The position numbers were made by a program, and so were the translations under genes. From the NCBI GenBank assembly GCA_000182565.2, contig KQ257458.1: a stretch of 64,000 nucleotides of DNA. One strand, given 5' to 3'. Source of the stretch: Spizellomyces punctatus DAOM BR117. Taxonomy: Eukaryota. Below the pieces are notes generated by a model. That model did no database searches and was not told the origin of the DNA. It was given only the letters and a program-made list of their open reading frames with translations. This document shows positions 1-12,945 of this stretch, piece by piece (within the stretch, counting starts at the first letter, position 1; each line of letters begins with the position of its first letter).

Positions 1-504
1 TTCTTTCATTGAGCTCTACTTCATCATGAACAGTATATGGTTCAGCAGGATTTACTACGTTTTTGGATTCTTGGCCTTGGTGTTTGTGATTTTGATTGTG
101 ACATGTTCCGAAGTGGCAGTTCTCATGTGTTATTTCCATTTGTGTGCCGAGGTATGTTATTCTGTTAGATCTTTCGTGTTTGTCGGATGACTCATTCTGT
201 CGAGTAGGATTATTACTGGCCCTGGAGAGCCTTCCTAACAGCCGGCGCGAGTGGATACTATGTATTTTTGTACAGCATCATCTACTATATCCAGAGATTG
301 AGTAAGTTCCTACTGTCCTTTCCCCGTTCACATTACGCAGTCTAACCCACTTTCACAGCCATTGATAATTTCCCTTCCGCCGTGTTGTACTTTGGATGGT
401 CCCTCGTCATGTCCTTGCTATTTTCGATTTTGACGGGGACGGTTGGGTACTTTGCTGCATTAGTGTTTGTCCGAAAGATTTTTGCGAGTATCAAGGTGGA
501 TTAG
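1..504 (+). CDS. 3' end of a transmembrane-9 superfamily (nonaspanin, EMP70/TM9SF2-4 type) protein; 5'-partial, 3 exons visible
   Basis: Manual translation across two GT-AG introns gives FIELYFIMNSIW...IYYVFGFL...TCSEVAVLMCYFHLCAE|DYYWPWRAFLTAGASG...GTVGYFAALVFVRKIFASIKVD*, the TM9SF C-terminus with a KxD end. TAG at 502-504. Confidence 0.93.
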
Positions 505-978
505 TGAATGAAAAATATGGTGGCTGTACTTTTGGTAAAATACGATGTGATTAGATACATTATTTTCTTTTACTGTAACTGACGTTTTGTGGAGAAGTTG
601 TGTCCAAATCCTTGGCTATGGTAATATTGAGGGAAGCCAACACTTATTTTCAGGATGAAGAGGTCACCGAAAGCGCCAGTATATCGTGAAATTCACATTT
701 ACGTAGTTGCTAACTGGACAGTAGCCGCCAAGCATGCCAACGAACGTAATCCACTATGTTAATAAACACCGAAGAGACATTGTCCCAATGACCAAGGGGA
801 TACAGATACGTCGCCGCCGCGTGAAGTGTATATTGATGCGGAAAGAGGAAGCATAGTTTTCGGAAGCTCCACAGAACGAGAGAGGGTCCTTTGCTGTAGA
901 GACCCTTTAGTGGGTAGAGCTTTTCTTGGTCCTCTTGTCGCCACTTTTTCTGGGCAGGGTGTTAAGGTAGGAAGTTGG

Positions 979-3900
979 CTACTGGACCACGGGTAGGGGT
1001 GGAGGAGGTGCGGGTGGTGGTCCTGCCTGCTGAACCATGACAGCAACGTGAGAACCATGACCCAACGAATGTGCACGTTTGCTCAACAGGCCTACCGCTT
1101 CCGACTCGGCCAGCTCTTGCTCGATTCTGCCCAACTCCTCTCGCTGCTGCAAATCAAAAAAAATATATATAAATACATGTTCCTGGACCAACACAACAGA
1201 AACCTTACTTGATCCAACTGGCCCCGCGCTCTTGTCACCAATCCTTCCGCAATGGTCGTCAAGGGATGCATCGTCCCATTATATATCCGAGCGTTATAGG
1301 CAACCAGTTCAAGGTCATCCAGAAAGGCCGCGGCGGTTTTGTAACGGTAGTCCCTGACATCCTGTTTAACATAATTTTAGAACCACCACGACATATTACG
1401 TCAGTACAATAAAACCTACATCTCGAATCTGCTCCAATGTCTTGGGTTTCTTAACAATGTCGTAGTAATCTGGCACTGCCACGGCGGAAACAGGGCGACA
1501 AAATTCGTAGGCTTCGGGTATCGCAATAAGTTCGGTGATGACCCTACCGAGGATGGACGCGAGGTCGACTTCGGGAGCTGCGCGGCGGCGGCCGTAGGAT
1601 TTGGGATGGACCGGTTGGAGGTAGTCTGTGTCGGTCGCTGAGATGGATTGGCGCTTTTTGAGAGGAGGGGTGGAGGATGCTGCTGCGGCAGTTGCTGCTG
1701 CTAGGAGGACTATCGTTGTAGATTGGGAGGTAATAAAGATGGTATGTGAGATTGGGTGTAAGCATGCGTCGTACAGGGAGCGGAGTGGACACCTACGGGA
1801 TGGAGTTCGGATTTTTAACGTCAAAGGTTCATGTCGCCGTTCCTGTTCTTCATCGGAGCCAGCCCCTCGTCTTCGTTTTCCTTTTCTGTCCTCCTTCATC
1901 TTATTTACATGTTCTTGGACTCTGCCATCGTAATGGGGTTAGGACTGGGATCAAGGTCACATTGCAGTGGAAATTACTAACCTTCGCTTTTTCCTCCTCT
2001 TTTCTTCTTCACCTCCGATCCCCGGATATATTTCCCCACTGGATAGCCACGCTTAGTACATATCACACATTCAAATCTCCAACGAGTGGGACACTCACCT
2101 GGTGGTTTCCTCGTGCTCGATAATGGCCCGCTGCCGGAGGTACGCATTGATCACCCTCATATCCGTCACGACCTCAGACCTCTCCTCCTCCTGTCCAAAC
2201 GCGTTCCGAACCTAGCAGGATTATAGCCGCTGAATCAGCCATCATCTGCCGCTACATAATCGTCCAGAAAAGTTTTACCATTCGTCTTATGGTCAATCGC
2301 TTGGTTCGTCCAGCTTGTCCGTAGCTCGTTCCACTCTCGGCAATGGAAGTGGTTTCGTCCTGCTCCAGATCACCAAACAACGCTAATAAAAGATTCCATT
2401 GCGTTACATTGAATACTCGAAAATCATGTCTGTCTTTCATGACTACGGATCTTACATCTTTCTCCTCCAAAGGATGGAGGGGAAGCAGCGCGTTCAGAGG
2501 ATACAAAGCCGTATTCGCGCCATCTTTGGCTTTCCTCATCAAGCTCCATTTGCTGCGGAAGTCCACAGTATCAGAGATCATCCCGAACGTGCTGAGCAAC
2601 TGGCGTTTCCATACGTACCCTCTGTTGAGAACTTAATGTCTCGATATCATCATATTGCTCGTCGTCCTCGGGGGCAGGGNNNNNNNNNNNNNNNNNNNNN
2701 NNNNNNNNNNNNNNNNNNNNNNNNNNNNNNNNNNNNNNNNNNNNNNNNNNNNNNNNNNNNNNNNNNNNNNNNNNNNNNNNNNNNNNNNNNNNNNNNNNNN
2801 NNNNCTCTGCAAAGAGAACCGGTGATAGGACTTTGGTCTATTTTTTTCGCGCTCTACATCAATTGAAAACAAGGATTACTTATTTCTGCAAATGCAAAAT
2901 GTTTGTCATTTTCATCTCACCTAAACGCTCCTCGGCGCTTTCCCCATATCGCAAGAAAGGTTCTTTCATCGAGGCTCTAATGAAACTGAATGCTTCCCCG
3001 CGTCCCGAGGGGTCACCAGGACCGTATAGCTTGATCATACTTTTATTCTAGAGACGGCGATAGCAACTTTTTAAAACTTCATATAATTTCCGGACAGAAA
3101 ACTAGCATAATACCTGACTTGCTTGCACAAAGTTCTTTGTTAAGGTCCACGGTGCCAGCTGCACTTCGATATCCGTATTAATCTCCTCATCATCGTTCTC
3201 TTCATCCATGCCGATATCAGAGTAACCAATATCTCGTAAACGCTGCTGTCCCGTTAGCATACTCTCCATGAGGCAAACCTGTGCGTCGAATGTCAGCTGC
3301 TTAATCACACGTAAATTCCCGTTAGTGGCATGATTACCATTTCGGGAGTGACAAGTCGCCGTATCTCTTCCTCATTTGGGAGTGCAATACCGGGTTTCAA
3401 CTTCCACCAACCAGTATTTTCACCCTTCTTTGCAAACTGAGCAAACTCTTTCAGTCTTTGCCGCAGTTGCGGTTCAGTAAAGCCGGGAAAGGATTTAACA
3501 AGCATTTCGTATCTGAGACGCTTTTGAGGATCTCTTCGCATGTGTCTAAAGGTTACCACCTTCCAGGAAATGATGTTATCATCGCATTGTCATTCGCAGG
3601 TTGACGAGTTCCATATACCTGGAGTCTACCCTTGATAGTTTGTGTAATCCTCCGAGACTGGGGACGAGGGACTTCCTGCAACGGAAAAGTCTGACCGACA
3701 GCAAACAGATGGGGAATTTCGCGGATATAATATTTCGATTGACCCTTGAGCGTGTGTCTGTCGGCCAGGGGTATTAGCCATTAGACATTTTCACGACCAA
3801 CTAGAGAGCATTCACCTAATCACGAGGAAATCTGTTTTGGAGGCTTCCTGTCGAAAGATTGGAGCTCGGAACATGTTGTTGGAGATAGCTTGCAACGTCT

Positions 3901-6134
3901 GCCCCGGTTCAACGTCCCCAAACCCGAAAAATGGTGACGCATCAACCTCGTCCAAGATATATGGTGTCCCAAGGTCGAGCTGTGTGGGACGAATCGTGTT
4001 GACACTGGTACTATACTCTGCCACGACGGGTAAAAGGTACCTACCACTGGAACATGTGGATCCTTCTCGGCTGTTTTGCGGTAATAATTATAGACGAGAC
4101 TGCCCATTCCCGTGTTCATCACAATAGGAGGATACTCTTCCTAAAAAATTCAATGTTGGCTCGGTCCTTCTAAGCCCGTTTTGTGGTAAAAGAAGTTGAC
4201 CTACCGAGTATTCCATTAGTGCATATCGACAGGCATCCTTTAACGAGATATCCTTGGGTGTTCGCATCAGTTCGCCGGCTTCCTTTCCTTTTAGCTTTTT
4301 CTTCTTAATGTTTCGCACACGAGAGAAATGAATAGGTGTCTTAAGCGGGATTCTTAATGTTGGCCTGTGGAAGGATCGTAGTTCCTTCTTGGTCAGGTGC
4401 GGCTTGAACTGAAAGGATATGAAATCATAAACAAGTAAGGTCAATATGTCAGAAAATTTGTGACGTACGTAGAGAGGATGAAGTTTGACCGCTGGTAGAG
4501 CATGCTGTAGAGTCCCAGCGCCGTAAGTTTGGCGCACTCGATCAGAGCCCACCAACCTAAGGCCATCATAGAGCCGATCTTGCGATAAATTAAACCTTCG
4601 TAAACGGTTCTGCATAATGCGCAAAGACAACCATCTGCTTTAGCTCTCGTCACAGAGTTGGCACAGATCGGATATAGACAGCCAGCCCATACCGTTTTTG
4701 ATTCCAAGATGCTGCCACGGCGTTTTACAGCTTGAAAAGTTCTCTAGTTAGCACCATCGCAAATCGTGCTGCAGCCAACCCTAATTCACCTTGAAGCTTC
4801 AAAGATTCTTCCCAGTCTTTCTGTGGAGATGTTCGCTCGGTTCGCTGATCTGACTCGCATGCCTCCACGCCTTCCCATCGTATAGCAGATTCCCACACTC
4901 CTGCGTCCAGATCATAGTTACGGAATACCAGTCTCTCACGTATTCTGGTAGTGCATAACATCAGAGATTAATCCATGAAATTTTAGACTCCAAGAAGACC
5001 GACCTTGATGCAGGATGGTCTTTTGGTTCAGAAACGTCGTCGTCCCATACCACCCGATCTTCCCAGTGCTCGAGCACCACAGGGTACATACTCGATGGTA
5101 AATCTGCATCCTTTGCACGCAATGGTGTGTAAACCGCCTTGCTGCGTTATTATCAACTAGGGACGAAGTAGAACAAACCCCTTTTTCGGCGTTAACTTGC
5201 GCTGGCGTTGGAACGGGTTTAAACTCCACTTTTTCAATGACATATAAAGGTCCACGGGTTGTCTTTGGTGGCAGTCGCTGGCGGAAGAGCTCTCGGTCAT
5301 CGGGGGCCACTGGATAGGGCTGTTTCCTAAGAGACGCTATTCAAAATGAAACCGCCCCAAGAGGTACCATTAGTGTACTCATCACAACCGGTGTATGAAA
5401 GTCTGTGAAAGTCCTTCGGACAGGTGCTCCTCGGCCCTAGACGGGGGTTGCCCACCTTTGGTGATTAGTCTTTTCCTCGGTCGCTGCACTCTGGAACCCT
5501 TTGCAGAAAAGATCTCAGAGAACTTCAGCTCGCCCTCCCCGAAGCCAGGAAATATTTGTGCAAGTCGAGCTCTGTCATAGACTTGTTGCACCGGAGGCGG
5601 CTGTGGCGGTGTAGGAATTGAGAATATCGGAACAGTCGCATGGGGTTCCCGCAAAGTATTCACTTGTACGTGTGCATTGACTGCTTCCTCCTCATCGGGT
5701 TCTGCTACATCATAATCCTCATCCAAGTCACCACCAACCATGCTCCGCCGTGCGAAGGGAAGAACAGGCGCCGCCCGCGGTATAACCATAGGAGTAGCTC
5801 CGCCAAATTGGTATGCCCCTGTTCCTTCATCCGCTAGTTCATCGATGCCCGAAAAGTCTACCGCGTCAGCATCCGGTTTGACAACGCCGGTTTTCGAGTC
5901 TGCAGCCCCATCTTCCGATGCCAGTCCCAAATCACCAAGTATGCGGCTCAAATAATCATCGCTTTCCTCCAAAGTTTTCCGAAAGTCCTAGGAGATCAAC
6001 TGTATATAAGCAATCCCATACTCTCGCATCTCAAAAGTTGTCTGTGACGATCTGGTGCACACCTCAGGCAGATCATTATCTTGCAACTTTCCACTTTCGT
6101 CCACATTCCCAAACAGGTATCTCACGGAAGACAT
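979..6134 (-). CDS. TAF1: TFIID subunit 1 (TAF1), multi-exon, with a C-terminal bromodomain
   Basis: N-terminal YLFGNVDESGKL (TAND-like). Central TAF1 motifs: LMEYSEEYPP, NTGMGSLVYNYYRK, PFFGFGDVEPGQTLQAISNNMFRAPIF, LAPWTLTKNF, GPGDPSGRGEAFSF. Bromodomain: FCRPVSAVAVPDYYDIVKKP...NARIYNG. An assembly gap lies inside the gene. Start codon inferred. Confidence 0.92.
2680..2804. other. Assembly gap (N run) within TAF1
   Basis: Run of n characters in the sequence. Confidence 0.99.
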
Positions 6135-6386
6135 TGCCCTTCCATAGGTAGCGACAGGAGTCAAACTCCCTAAAGCATCGACGAGCTTTAAGGGAGACGG
6201 CGAGCTTTTCCAACAGCAATCACCGCCTGCTGCCCACCTCAGATCCAACCCATGGCCATTAGCGTTGGAGCGGCCCAGTCACTGAAATATATCACGTGCT
6301 TTATCGCACTCGTTTGAATTCTTTTTGTTTTGGACATTTTGCACCTTTAGCTTCCTGGCAAACCTCTTTGCCGTCATTTGGACACC

Positions 6387-8362
6387 ATGGCTTCCACCGT
6401 AGAAGTCTCCCAGCAGTATGACACCATTCTCATCCTAGACTTTGGGTCACAGTACACCCATTTGATTGCGCGACGCATTCGTGAACTCGGTGTTTACTGT
6501 GAATTGCTGGCATGCACCGTCAAGATAGCCGATCTCAAATTCAAACCCAAGGGTAACTTTCAACATTCAAACGAACAAATCTTTTCAGTAACGGGTTATT
6601 AAAGATGCTCTGAATCATCTAGGTGTTGTACTGTCTGGTAGTCCCTACTCTGTCTACGATGTGGACTCGCCACATGTTGACCCTGCCTTGTGGACGTTGG
6701 GCGTTCCTATCCTTGGTATCTGCTATGGACTACAGGTTAATAAAAAAAATGATAGGGTTTGCGCGACAGCTTGCAGAATTCTGATAACTTTTGTTTAGGA
6801 AATTGCCTGGACAAAGGGCGGCAAAGTAGAACCACACGACAAGCGCGAGTACGGAAAGGCTGATATCCAGATCCGTCCTGGAAGCAGGCTATTCGCAGGA
6901 CTTCCCAATGATTTAACGGTCTGGATGAGTCACGGCGATCAGCTTTCCCAGGCTCCTGAAGGCTTCAAACCAGTTGCGTATACCGCGACGTCGCCTTACA
7001 CTGCTATCGAAAAAGAAGAGGAACAGATCTACGGTATCCAGTTCCACCCCGAAGTCACCCACACTCCCAAGGGTTCAGCCATTTTGAGAAATTTTGCCAT
7101 CGGTATCTGTGGAGCCAATGCGAACTGGACGATGGTAAGCGCCCTACCGCTGCAAGCGCTGGAGTTGTGGATGAGAGCTAATTTATCGCTCAGGCGTCAT
7201 TCGTAGACAAAGAGATCGAACGCATCCGAAACGTTGTCGGTCCCACTGCCCAAGTTATTGGTGCAGTCAGTGGTGGTGTTGACAGTACCGTAGCCGCCAT
7301 GATAATGAGCAAAGCCATTGGTGACCGCTTCCATGCTATCTTGGTCGACAACGGAGTAATGCGTCTGAACGAATGCCAAACTGTTCAGCAAACGCTCCAG
7401 AAACACCTCGGAATCAACTTGACATTAGCGGATGCGAGCGAGTTATTTTTGGGCAGGTTGAAGGGCGTCACTGATCCCGAGAAGAAGCGAAAGATCATCG
7501 GCAACTCCTTTATCGAGGTCTTTGAGGCAGAGGGTGCCAAGATTGAGGCGCAGGTGGAACAGGAGGGCAAGGGCAAAATTGAGTTTCTTTTACAAGGAAC
7601 TTTGTATCCCGATGTGATCGAATCAATTTCATTCAAGGGCCCCTCTGCGACCATCAAAACCCACCACGTACGTAAGATCACTTAGCGTACTGTTTTGGAA
7701 GGCTTGCTAATATCAGTCCAACAAAAACCAACAGAATGTCGGAGGCTTACTGGATGACATGAAACTCAAAGTCATTGAACCTCTCCGCGAACTCTTCAAA
7801 GACGAAGTCCGTGCCCTCGGAAGCATCATGGGCATTGATGACGAGCTGATCTGGCGTCATCCTTTCCCTGGACCTGGTATTGCTATTCGTATCTTGGGCG
7901 AGGTGACTCCTGAGCAGGTCGCTATTGCACGTCACGCGGACCATATCTACATTGAGGAGATTAAGAAGGCGGGTCTTTACAGAAAGATTTCCCAGGGTAT
8001 GTAGGGTCATGTCGTTTACTCTGGGTTTTTGCAAAGGTTAACAAGTGTGTCCTGGTTAGCCTACGCTGCACTCCTTCCCGTGCGCTCTGTTGGTGTGATG
8101 GGAGACAAGCGGACATATGAGCAGGTCATTGCTCTGCGTGCCGTTGAGACAAAAGGTATACATGGAGAACCCCTTCCGAACCGAGACCCGTACAACTAAT
8201 TCTCCCAATCTCACAACAGACTTTATGACTGCTGATTGGTTCGAATTTCCGTACGACATTCTGAAGCGCATTAGCAGCCGGATTATCAACGAGGTGCAAG
8301 GAGTGAATCGTGTTGTCTACGATGTCAGCTCCAAGCCACCAGCTACCATAGAGTGGGAATAA
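6387..8362 (+). CDS. GUA1: GMP synthase (glutamine-hydrolysing), multi-exon
   Basis: [91 protein letters not shown]. Confidence 0.97.
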
Positions 8363-8618
8363 GGACTTGTGCAAGCTGCGGATTCATGATGGTTACTAGC
8401 TTCATTTTTATGTACAGTTTAAATAGATTATTTCATTTGGCTCGATTACGGACTTGTAGACCACGATGCCAAGATGCGTAAATTTGGTCAGAAACAGAAG
8501 CTAATGTATTTACAGATTATAATCCAAAATTCAGCCCCGCCACAGCGTTGCAATCATATACGCCCCAACATCCTTCTTTCCCCTGTTTTCATAAAGGTAT
8601 AATCGATAATGATGTTTA

Positions 8619-10431
8619 TCAGTCCTCTCCTCCAAACATGCGTTTTAATGGTGTCGTAAGAACGCTATAGTACGAATTAGTACAAATGCCAGAGCGTATC
8701 AAGATTCGCAATATTACAGGCCATACCTCCATAATGTACGTGGCTCAACGATTGTAGTTTCTACAGTGATTGATTGTGGCATTGGCATATTAGGATTAAC
8801 TTTTTTAAGAGCCCGCAAAATTTGTTCCTGCTCTTCATCAGTGAGTTCTCGAGTAACTGTTTCGGAGCGACGTCGTTTACTTGTGGACCTGTCTTTCTGT
8901 GATGCGCGATCGTCAGTGATGTGTTTACGCTTTGGTCGTGGGGATGATGCAGAGCGATGCTGTTGCGGGATCTCATAGGCCTCTTGGCTGAAAGTCGGAT
9001 AGAGTGCTCGGGATGGCCCTTCACGGAAGCCTTCAAATGCGGTAAAATTGTAGCGATTCACTGGTGTAGCAAGTGTTGGGTTTGCTAATGAATACCCGGG
9101 CGGAGTGAAATGTAGTGGTACTCGTGGCGGCTTCAAGGCGTTGGCCGTATGGATCACGTAAGACTCTTCTGAGAAGGTTGCCGGACTGGGATAGGGATCC
9201 TCTGGGTAGGAAGCCGACCCATGTAGTACGTGGTCACTTGATTGTCGCAAGCTACTGCTGAGTTCATATCAGGTAATTAAGAGTAGTTCCTAATTGGAAC
9301 CAGGCACGAAGGTATCCATACCTGACTGGTACAGATTCCGGTTCAGGAATCGCGAAAGATCGGGGAGCCATGCTTAATGTGACGGTAATGCGGTCCCCGT
9401 AGGCCAACGGTTTTCCGTTCACGGTGTACACATATTTGTCTTTTGAGGGCCAATCCCCACGTTCTGCAACAAGAAAAATGTCAACCGCCTTTGTTGTCAC
9501 ATTGAGAGGCCAACGACAATGAATTGGCACTGACCAAACTGCAGACGATATCCATCTTGATCCCTCAAAAATGTGCCGCGTCGCAACCCGCGTCGAATGA
9601 TTTCTCGTATTGCATACTTTGATGATCGTCGAATTCCATATTCAGGTGGTGCTGACTAACCGACGATACCCCGCTCCGCAAAATACCTGCAACACAGCAT
9701 TTTTTTGTCCATCATTTTCAATCCTCTCTACTAGCTTTTGGAGACCTGGGTTATCCCTAGATATATGCATAATCACTTCAAGTGACTGGTCACGAGGACG
9801 TGGGAAAGAATTCTTACCGCTCACACTGAAAGACGGCAGAAAGAAGACGATTTTCAATGACGAGCAATCTATACTGAGGAAATCGAAATGGGCGGATATC
9901 TGCATCAGACGATTCTGGAGGAATGCTTCCTTCAAGGTTGATAATGATCTTGGGAGCACCCGGAGAGCCTGTCCCGACACTTGATCTAACACGTCGAGGT
10001 GGAAACTCTAGAAATGACCGGATATTTGGACTCTTTGCCAGTGGGGAGAGCACTACTCCAACTATCGGTGGAGATCGACCGTGCTTTTTGGTATAGTGGG
10101 AATTAAATTCGATCTCCGTACTAGCTTCCTCCGAGCATGTCCTCACGGGACATGGAATGATTGAAATTTCTGAAATAGCAACAAGCGCCAAAATTGTCAG
10201 CACAATGAGTTTCACCAATCCCTAAGCTCCACGTCAATGATTACCTCCTTCATGTTTGCATTGAATCGCCTCGGGGCGAGTTTTATGAACGCGATCACAC
10301 TCTTTGCATGTTCTTTCCGATAAGGGACAGCCACAGGACTCCTTGAGATGCATCTCCAACGACTTACTGCTGTTCATTAAATACAGACATAGCGGACAGA
10401 CGTGCCCTCCCGTAGGCTGTGACTTGACCAT
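8619..10431 (-). CDS. Uncharacterised multi-exon protein with N-terminal C2H2-like zinc fingers
   Basis: CPLCLYLMNSSKSLEMHLKESC, CKECDRVHKTRPEAIQCKH and CPVRTCSEEASTEIEFNSHYTKKH. Consecutive minus-strand ORFs can be joined by GT-AG introns. Basic NLS-like stretches RPKRKH and SKRRRS. Boundaries approximate. Confidence 0.5.
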
Positions 10432-11289
10432 GCTCGGGGTGATGCCAATGTGTGTGATCCAAGCAAGGGTTGAGCAGCAAAACAACCGCGTCCAAAATGC
10501 CGTTTCCTTCACGTCAGCAAAATCCAGTGACATGTGATTCGTTAACTCGTATAGCCATAAAAGGTTAAAGTGCTGCGCCATAGACCCTCCGATCAGGGAT
10601 GATGTCAGTTTTCGGGTGAAATTGCTGATCATCTTCCCCGTGAGCAGAGAGTCACATGGGCAGACGCCCAATTTCCGCGCCGCGCGGCCGATGAAACGCT
10701 TTCTTCCGAAGGATCCGTTCAAACATCTCTCCTCTTCCGCATCTTTCCGAAAGACGTGCTGCGCTTTCCCTTCCGTCTTCCCGTTTGCAAGTCACGCGTG
10801 AGTTCTGTGGGTGGGAAAAAAAAGGTTTTTAACCCGAGCAGACGAGAACATAAAAAGGTGAGGGAATTCATCTCCATCCCGCGACACGTCGCTCTGCGCA
10901 TCACCTCCAATTATCCACCTCCGCACTTGCCCTGCTTGCACTGTCAGACCTCCTAAGCAATCTCTTGCATATCACACGTTTTGTAGACCCTCCCACCATT
11001 TATCTCATTACTTCCTAGTTACATAACCATCGCAAGTATGTATCATTTGAACGTTTGCTGGAATGTGGGGTGGACAAGTATGGCGGAGCATAGTCGTTTA
11101 CGGGCTAGCGAAAGAGGTCTGGGTCTGATCTCAGTCCACATGTGGAATTCGTGTGTCTGCCGAACATTGTCGCGGAGAACATGTTGCTGGGAGAATTAAG
11201 AATCATTGGACTCGTACACGGCAAACGTAGGCGCTCACCAGACAAGTTGCTAACCTCTTTCAACTTCCAACTCCCCATAGTCTATCACA

Positions 11290-12574
11290 ATGTCAAAAGA
11301 CCAAAAGCCAAAGAAGAATCTCGCGATCCACTTGTTGGCGGGTGGTGTTGCCGGATGCTGTGAAGCGTTGACCTGCCATCCTCTGGACACCATCAAGGTC
11401 CGATTGCAGCTGCGCGGTGAACGGTCTGCGAAGAGACCCGTTACCACTGTTGCTGGGCAAGCCATGAATGCTGCCGCCGCAGAGTTGGCCAAGGTACGCA
11501 AGCTTGTTCATGGATATCGGAGAAGCCCGTGTCTAAACAAACTGTACCATATAGCCAAAGCGCCAAAACTTCATCACAGTTGGTGTAGATATTGCGAGAA
11601 AGGAGGGTGTTTTGGCACTGTATAAGGGTCTTGGAGCTGTTGTCACGGGCATTGTACCAAAAATGGCTATCCGATTCTCTTCCTTCGAGTTCTTCAAGTC
11701 AAAGCTTGCCGACAAACAGACTGGACAGGTCAATGCTGCGGGTAACTTTGTTGGTATGTTGAAAACGTTCCATTTTTCGACATTTGCCAAGATAGAGTTC
11801 TGACCAGTACACTACGGGTATTAGCCGGTCTCGCTGCTGGTACAACAGAGGCCGTGTTGGTTGTGACTCCCATGGACGTCATCAAGATTCGTCTTCAGGC
11901 ACAGCGTCACTCAATGACCGACCCACTAGACATTCCAAAGTACCGCAATGCCGCACACTGTGCATACGTCATGGTCAAGGAGGAAGGTGTCGCGTCCTTG
12001 TACAAGGGTGTCGGCCTTACCGCTCTTCGACAAGGTTTGTCGCTACATCTGCACGACTAGCAGATGAATGGTATCACTGACAAGAATGGCCGTATTTAGC
12101 GACGAACCAAGCTGCAAACTTCACGGTGTACCAGTTCTTGAGGAAGCACCTTCACGACCTGCAACCGCAGCACGGTGACACCCTACCCGCATACCAGCAC
12201 CTGGTCATGGGTTTCATCTCTGGTGCATGCGGTCCTCTCTTCAACGCTCCCATCGACACTATCAAGACCCGTATTCAAAAGGCACCATCCGAAGACAAGG
12301 GATGGGTGCGATTTGTCAAGGTCACCAAGGGCATCGCTCAGAATGAGGGTTACGCTGCTTTCTACAAGGGATTGACACCCCGTGTGCTCCGTGTGGCACC
12401 AGGTCAAGCCATCACTTTCATGGTATGTTGCTATTTCCGTGGGATATCGAGAGAAGGTTACTGATTTTTCCATCTTGTCAGGTGTACGAGCGGGTGTACA
12501 AGTGGATGGTAACTCTGAGCGAATCAATGCGTGTGGAGGATTACAACAACAGCCAATCCAACGCGGAGGCATAA
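11290..12574 (+). CDS. SFC1: Mitochondrial carrier, succinate-fumarate transporter type
   Basis: Three PxDxxKxR carrier signatures (HPLDTIKVR, TPMDVIKIR, APIDTIKTR), plus GIVPKMAIRF, QAQRHSMTDPLDIPKYRNAAH and TPRVLRVAPGQAITF, typical of Sfc1/Acr1. Confidence 0.88.
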
Positions 12575-12945
12575 ATGTAGAAATATTACTCAAGCGGACG
12601 CACATGTTAATGCGGAGTGGATACGTGGGGTGTATGGTAGACAAGCGGGGCTTTCAATTTATTTTTGATAATAGACTCAAGTTCCAATTTGGGCGGATCT
12701 GGAATGTGTGCTATCGATTGAGTGAGATGGTGCTTGAGAGCAGTGAAATGAAGTAGCTGCTGGTCCTACGGTTGCCTGACTAAGGGTTTGACTTTCCAAC
12801 AAGTACGCCGCAGAAGTATAATATTCACTAAACAATATAGCGTACGCCAACTAGCACGAAAAATGGGGGAAAAAAAAACTCATACAAATATGTACAACCG
12901 AATCAAAGGAACAGCAAAACCTCCTAGTGCCGAACGACATAGCCC

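Noticed and set aside
2252-2679. Odd ORF beside the N gap suggesting a foreign insertion or misassembly in TAF1
   Set aside because: It resolves into ordinary TAF1 exons separated by GT-AG introns (…SSQQR|QMELDEESQRW…|LFGDLEQDE).
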